The position numbers and the translations under genes are program-made. From the NCBI GenBank assembly GCA_002423605.1, contig DIKK01000031.1, positions 87,847 to 151,846 on the forward strand: a DNA stretch of 64,000 nucleotides, read 5' to 3'. Positions within the stretch are counted from its first letter, which is position 1. Every line of letters starts with the position of its first letter. Below are positions 59,833 to 64,000 of the stretch, in pieces. The notes beneath the pieces were generated by a model. It was not told the origin of the DNA and made no database searches. It worked only from the letters and a program-made list of their open reading frames with translations. The DNA is from Dehalococcoidia bacterium UBA5620. Lineage in GTDB: Bacteria > Chloroflexota > Dehalococcoidia > GIF9 > UBA5629.

Positions 59833-59842
59833 CGGATTAACC

Positions 59843-60202
59843 TCAAAATTCCAATCCAGCTTTCCGAGCAGCTTCAGCCAAAGCCTTAACCCGCCCGTGA
59901 TATTTATAACCGCCCCTATCAAATACCACCCGCTTAATCCCCTTATTCAATAGACGCTGTGCCATAAGAGCGCCTATTAACCCGGCGCCCTCCGTCTTCT
60001 TTTTTCCATCGAGCTTGTCCCTTATTTCAATGTCCAGGCTGCTCGCTGAAGCCATAGTATGACCAACGGTATCATCTATTGCTTGGACATAAATATATTT
60101 CAAGCTCCGGAATACACAAAGCCTCGGCCTATCGCTCGTGCCCTTAACGTTTTTCCGTACCCGAGCATGGCGTCGTTCTCGTGCCAGTCTTGTATCAGTC
60201 AT
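59843..60202 (-). CDS. rplR: 50S ribosomal protein L18
   Basis: '[23 protein letters not shown]'. Confidence 0.9.
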   Translation of the reverse strand: MTDTRLARERRHARVRKNVKGTSDRPRLCVFRSLKYIYVQAIDDTVGHTMASASSLDIEIRDKLDGKKKTEGAGLIGALMAQRLLNKGIKRVVFDRGGYKYHGRVKALAEAARKAGLEF

Positions 60203-60212
60203 CTGCTATCTA

Positions 60213-60764
60213 TTAGCCTTTCTGAGCTGCCTTACCCGCCTTGCCAGGTTTCAGGCGCAGCTTCTCGCCAGCATATTTGATTCCTTTGCCCTTGTAGCCA
60301 TCAGGTGGACGGATAGCTTTAATCCGAGCCGCTGTCTGTCCTACGAGTTCCCTGTCGATGCCAATGACCTTAATGCGGTTAGTTCCCTCTATCATTACTT
60401 CGATTCCCTGAGGTGAAGTAAACTCGATAGGGCGGTTAAAGCCTACTTGTAGCGACAACTTATTGCCTGCCACCTGAGCCCGGTAGCCAACGCCGCTAAG
60501 CTCCAGCACCTTTTCAAACCCCTTGGTAACCCCATTGACCATATTAGCCAACAGGCTTCGGGTCAATCCGTGCAACGAGCGGTGAATCCTGTTATCGGTG
60601 GGCCGTGCCACCATCAGCATCCCATCTTCTAAGGTAATGGACATATCAGGATGGAACGAACGTGATAGCTTCCCTTTCTTGCTCTCCACAGTTACTTCAC
60701 TGCCCTTGATACTGACTTTTACCTCTGGAGGTATAGGTATCGGCATTAGTCCTATTCGAGACAC
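60213..60764 (-). CDS. rplF: 50S ribosomal protein L6
   Basis: GTG 60764 gives 'MSRIGLMPIPIPPEVKV'. AGGAG RBS 7 nt upstream. Confidence 0.85.
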   Translation of the reverse strand: MSRIGLMPIPIPPEVKVSIKGSEVTVESKKGKLSRSFHPDMSITLEDGMLMVARPTDNRIHRSLHGLTRSLLANMVNGVTKGFEKVLELSGVGYRAQVAGNKLSLQVGFNRPIEFTSPQGIEVMIEGTNRIKVIGIDRELVGQTAARIKAIRPPDGYKGKGIKYAGEKLRLKPGKAGKAAQKG

Positions 60765-60783
60765 AAACTCACTCCTAAAAGAA

Positions 60784-61179
60784 TTACCAAACTGAACACA
60801 ATAATTCACCGCCGAGGTTCTTATGCCAGGCCTGTTGCCCGGTCATGACCCCCTTGGATGTAGACACAATGGTGATACCTAGCCCTCCGTAGACGCGGGG
60901 TATCTCACCTCTGCCCACATAGACTCTGAGTCCAGGCTTGCTCATACGCTCTATCCCTACAAGCGCCGGCTGACCATCAATGTATTTCAGATTAACTTTG
61001 ATCATGCGCTGCGGGCTGCCCTTGAGCACAGAGTAATCAATAATAAATCCCTCATCCTTCAGAATTCTGGCGATGGACATCTTCATCTTGGATGCGGGAA
61101 TAAGCACGCTATCGTGACGTGCTGTGATGCCATTTCGGATTCGGGTTAACATATCTGCAATTGGATCAGTAACTACCAA
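60784..61179 (-). CDS. rpsH: 30S ribosomal protein S8
   Basis: '[13 protein letters not shown]'. Confidence 0.9.
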   Translation of the reverse strand: MVVTDPIADMLTRIRNGITARHDSVLIPASKMKMSIARILKDEGFIIDYSVLKGSPQRMIKVNLKYIDGQPALVGIERMSKPGLRVYVGRGEIPRVYGGLGITIVSTSKGVMTGQQAWHKNLGGELLCSVW

Positions 61180-61191
61180 GGGATACCTCCA

Positions 61192-61377
61192 TCACCAGCT
61201 TGACTTTCGCACGCCAGGGACTTTACCTTCCAGTGCAAGTTGCCGGAAACAAATGCGGCATAACCCGAACTTACGGATATAGGCGCGCGGCCTGCCGCAT
61301 AATTTGCATCGGTTATGTTGCCGCACCTTATATTTCGGCGAGCGCTGCGACTTTATTATCATACATGTTTTTGCCAT
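61192..61377 (-). CDS. rpsN: 30S ribosomal protein S14 type Z (zinc-binding)
   Basis: 61 aa, '[20 protein letters not shown]'. Confidence 0.9.
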   Translation of the reverse strand: MAKTCMIIKSQRSPKYKVRQHNRCKLCGRPRAYIRKFGLCRICFRQLALEGKVPGVRKSSW

Positions 61378-61392
61378 ATCGGATATAACCTC

Positions 61393-61935
61393 TTACCTTT
61401 TTCTGAAAGGCATGCCCAGAGATTGTAGCAAACTCCTGCCTTCCTCATCGTTACTCGCGCTGGTGACTATCACTATCTCCAAACCGCGCAGCTTATCTAC
61501 CTTGTCGTAATCAATCTCAGGGAACATTATCTGCTCTTTAAACCCAATGGCGTAGTTGCCCTGGCCGTCGAATGAATCCGGTGATAGACCCTGGAAATCA
61601 CGAATTCGAGGTAAGACCACACTGACCAGCTTATCATAGAACTCATACATACGCTTACCGCGTAAAGTGACCATGATCCCGATAGGCATGCCTTCTCTGA
61701 GTTTGAAAACTGCGATAGACTTCTTGGACTTCGTTATCACCGGGTGTTGCCCTGCTATAGCTGTCAGATCAGTCTCTGCCGATTCCAAAGCCTTGGAGTT
61801 TTGTGTTGCCTCGCCTAGGCCGATATTCAAAACGATCTTCTTCAGCCCGGGCACCTGCATCACATTTTTGTATCCGAACTTTTCCTTTAGTTCAGGCACT
61901 ACTTCTTTTATATACTTTTCTTTCAACCTATACAT
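61393..61935 (-). CDS. rplE: 50S ribosomal protein L5
   Basis: '[20 protein letters not shown]'. Confidence 0.9.
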   Translation of the reverse strand: MYRLKEKYIKEVVPELKEKFGYKNVMQVPGLKKIVLNIGLGEATQNSKALESAETDLTAIAGQHPVITKSKKSIAVFKLREGMPIGIMVTLRGKRMYEFYDKLVSVVLPRIRDFQGLSPDSFDGQGNYAIGFKEQIMFPEIDYDKVDKLRGLEIVIVTSASNDEEGRSLLQSLGMPFRKR

Positions 61936-61954
61936 ATATCCAGATATACCTTAT

Positions 61955-62266
61955 CTAATCAATTACCTCATGGCAGACACGGCACAATCTTGCCCTTTTG
62001 CCATCATCAAGAACGCGTAAGCCCACCCGTGTGGGCTTACTGCACTTGGTGCAAATCAACATCAACTTCGACACATGGAGCGGCGCTTCCAGCTCGATGA
62101 TGCCAGCCTGCTTGGCTGCGCCCTTGGTGCGCGAGTGGCGCTTAATCATATTGATGCCCTCGACGACTATCTTATCATCCTTGGGATGGGCGAAACGCAC
62201 CTTGCCTTTTTTACCTTTATCTTTGCCGGCAATCACCAGGACTACGTCATTCTTTCTTATCTTCAT
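61955..62266 (-). CDS. rplX: 50S ribosomal protein L24 with a C-terminal CxxC...CxxC extension
   Basis: KOW 'VVLVIAGKDKGKKGKV'. C-terminus 'CTKCSKPTRVGLRVLDDGKRARLCRVC'. Confidence 0.85.
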   Translation of the reverse strand: MKIRKNDVVLVIAGKDKGKKGKVRFAHPKDDKIVVEGINMIKRHSRTKGAAKQAGIIELEAPLHVSKLMLICTKCSKPTRVGLRVLDDGKRARLCRVCHEVID

Positions 62267-62635
62267 CTAAAGAACCTCTGGAGCCAAAGATACGATTTTC
62301 ATGAACTCTTTGTCTCTCAGCTCCCTGGCGACTGGGCCGAAGATACGGGTGCCCTTGGGATTGCCTTTATCGTCCAGAATAACTGCAGCGTTATCATCGA
62401 ACTTGACGTATGAGCCATCCGGACGATGATATTGCTTGGCGATTCTTACAACCACTGCCTTAACCACATCGCCTTTCTTGACCACACCACCGGGTATGGC
62501 GCGCTTCACTGAAGCTACAATAATGTCACCCACCGAGGCATATCTTCTCCGTGTGCCTCCGGGTATGTTAATGCACATAATCTGCCTGGCGCCGGTATTA
62601 TCCGCTACCGTGAGTCTGGTATAAGGTTGGATCAC
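62267..62635 (-). CDS. rplN: 50S ribosomal protein L14
   Basis: '[17 protein letters not shown]'. Confidence 0.9.
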   Translation of the reverse strand: MIQPYTRLTVADNTGARQIMCINIPGGTRRRYASVGDIIVASVKRAIPGGVVKKGDVVKAVVVRIAKQYHRPDGSYVKFDDNAAVILDDKGNPKGTRIFGPVARELRDKEFMKIVSLAPEVL

Positions 62636-62940
62636 TGTCCTTGCGCTCCCAACTTGAGCTCTTCCTCTTGGATAGAGCCCATTTCTACTATGTCTTTGCT
62701 CCTCAGTATCTCAACTACCCGCCAACGTTTATCTTTAGAGAGCGGGCGGGTTTCAACTATCTTAACCAGATCGCCAACCTTACAAGTATTTTTCTCATCA
62801 TGAGCCTTAAATGTGGCGTTGTGCTTAATAACCTTTTTATAGATAGGATGGCGCCTCAAGGTCTGTACCATGACCACCACGGTCTTGTCCATCTTGTTGC
62901 TTACCACCTTTCCTGTTCTGGTTTTATGTATCTTTTCCAT
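62632..62940 (-). CDS. rpsQ: 30S ribosomal protein S17
   Basis: '[17 protein letters not shown]....HPIYKK'. Confidence 0.9.
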   Translation of the reverse strand: MEKIHKTRTGKVVSNKMDKTVVVMVQTLRRHPIYKKVIKHNATFKAHDEKNTCKVGDLVKIVETRPLSKDKRWRVVEILRSKDIVEMGSIQEEELKLGAQGQ

Positions 62941-62943
62941 GGC

Positions 62944-63141
62944 TTATCTTATGCCCAACTCCCTCTCTTGTTTTACCGTGTTCATCCTGGCTATTCGTTT
63001 CCTGACCTTGGGTAATTCCCGGTGATTAGCCTGTTGCCTGGTGGCTAGGCGAAAGCGCAAATTGAAAAGCTCTTGGTGCGCCTCATCTATCTTCTTAGCT
63101 AGCTCCGTATCGCCCAGATTGCGGATCTCCTCTATCTTCAA
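62944..63141 (-). CDS. rpmC: 50S ribosomal protein L29
   Basis: 65 aa, '[13 protein letters not shown]'. Confidence 0.9.
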   Translation of the reverse strand: MKIEEIRNLGDTELAKKIDEAHQELFNLRFRLATRQQANHRELPKVRKRIARMNTVKQERELGIR

Positions 63142-63554
63142 CTTACCACCTCCTTGACCACGAATCTAGTCTTGATGGGCAACTTATAAGCAGCCATATG
63201 CATAGCTTCCTTAGCCATGTCCGCTTTTATGCCGCTTATCTCGAACAGCATCCGCCCTGGCAAGACTACAGCCACCCAGTGGTCGGGAGCACCTTTGCCG
63301 CTGCCCATTCTGGTCTCAGCCGGTTTCTTGGTTACCGGCTTATCAGGAAAAATACGAATCCACATCTGTCCGCCGCGGCGTAAATAGCGAACCATGACAC
63401 GACGAGCGGCCTCAATCTGTCTGGCTGAAAGCCAAGCACACTCCGTAGCCTGTAGACCGAAATCGCCAAAGGCGACGGTATTACCGGAGTTAGCCTTGCC
63501 TCTTCTATCTCCCTTGTGGGACTTACGATACTTCACTCGTTTCGGCTGTAACAC
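63138..63554 (-). CDS. rplP: 50S ribosomal protein L16
   Basis: '[15 protein letters not shown]'. Confidence 0.9.
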   Translation of the reverse strand: MLQPKRVKYRKSHKGDRRGKANSGNTVAFGDFGLQATECAWLSARQIEAARRVMVRYLRRGGQMWIRIFPDKPVTKKPAETRMGSGKGAPDHWVAVVLPGRMLFEISGIKADMAKEAMHMAAYKLPIKTRFVVKEVVS

Positions 63555-64000
63555 TCTCTATAATCCTCGCTTCAGGAATAATATTGCCTTTATAGACCCA
63601 TACCTTAATTCCGATATGTCCCATGGTAGTATGGGCCTCAGCAAATCCGTAGTCGATATCGGCACATAGTGTGTGCAATGGTAATTGCCCCTTAAGCACC
63701 GTTTCGCGGCGGGCGATTTCGTTGCCACCCAACCTGCCGGCGCAACTTATCCTTATTCCCTTCGCCCCGGCTTGCATAGTCCTGAAAACGGCTTGCTTCA
63801 TTGCCCGCCTGAACGCCATACGTCGCACAAGCTGGTCGGCAATATTTTGAGCGACCAAGACCGCCTCAAGTTCAGGCTGCTCGACCTCTTTAATAGATAG
63901 CCGTACTTTCCTTCCACATATTCGCTCTAACTCCGCCCTCAATTCCTCGGCACGCTGTCCTCCACGACCGATAACGATGCCGGGACGAGATGAATAAAGC
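63523..64000 (-). CDS. rpsC: 30S ribosomal protein S3 (C-terminal part; the N-terminus lies beyond the window end)
   Basis: 'GIKVWVYKG'. The frame remains open through nt 64000 ('...[17 protein letters not shown]'). Confidence 0.85.
   Translation of the reverse strand, partial: LYSSRPGIVIGRGGQRAEELRAELERICGRKVRLSIKEVEQPELEAVLVAQNIADQLVRRMAFRRAMKQAVFRTMQAGAKGIRISCAGRLGGNEIARRETVLKGQLPLHTLCADIDYGFAEAHTTMGHIGIKVWVYKGNIIPEARIIESVTAETSEVS

Noticed and set aside
59336-59953. 205-aa plus-strand ORF
   Set aside because: Antisense shadow of rpsE/rplR within the ribosomal operon.

Overview
This 64 kb window reads as bacterial chromosome with compact housekeeping operons interrupted by several accessory segments. 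I cannot assign the organism without a database search; the PKD-repeat lipoproteins and gene order are only a weak hint of a Chloroflexota/Dehalococcoidia-like genome.

Core content, all read from the translations:
- **hrcA-grpE-dnaK** (2.2-5.8 kb) with a CIRCE element immediately upstream.
- **lspA-rluD, gltX.**
- **dnaX-ybaB-recR-recO** on the minus strand.
- **rpsO-pnp, dapB-asd-dapA, typA.**
- **An SbcD/SbcC-like pair.**
- **A large ribosomal-protein block** on the minus strand from 51 kb to the window end: S9, L13, truA, L17, rpoA, S4, S11, S13, L36, IF-1, map, adk, secY, L15, L30, S5, L18, L6, S8, S14, L5, L24, L14, S17, L29, L16 and a partial S3.

Accessory or unusual content:
- **Arsenic/organoarsenical island (about 15.3-22.6 kb).** In order it carries arsR, arsP, a thioredoxin-like CxxC protein, a CXC lipoprotein, a DsbD/CcdA-like membrane protein, a disrupted DGC-domain gene, an FmdE-like protein, a TauE/SafE exporter, a truncated LMW-PTP arsC fragment, acr3 and arsM.
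- **Radical-SAM plus NMT1/SsuA-type ABC uptake operon (10.8-14.5 kb).**
- **WYL regulator plus YprB/MrfB-like RNase-H-fold exonuclease (22.6-24.5 kb).** Two further ATGA-coupled small ORFs lie immediately downstream.
- **KaiC-like ATPase** with N-terminal zinc ribbons, next to a bactofilin-repeat membrane protein.
- **Low-GC islet (30.3-32.9 kb)** with an IS1595-family transposase.
- **A roughly 34-bp dispersed repeat family** (GTCATTCTGAGC-TAGCGA-GAATCT) found in at least five intergenic sites.
- **A tandem pair of DUF3096-like mini membrane proteins** after dnaK.

The features and findings below give coordinates, evidence and checks.
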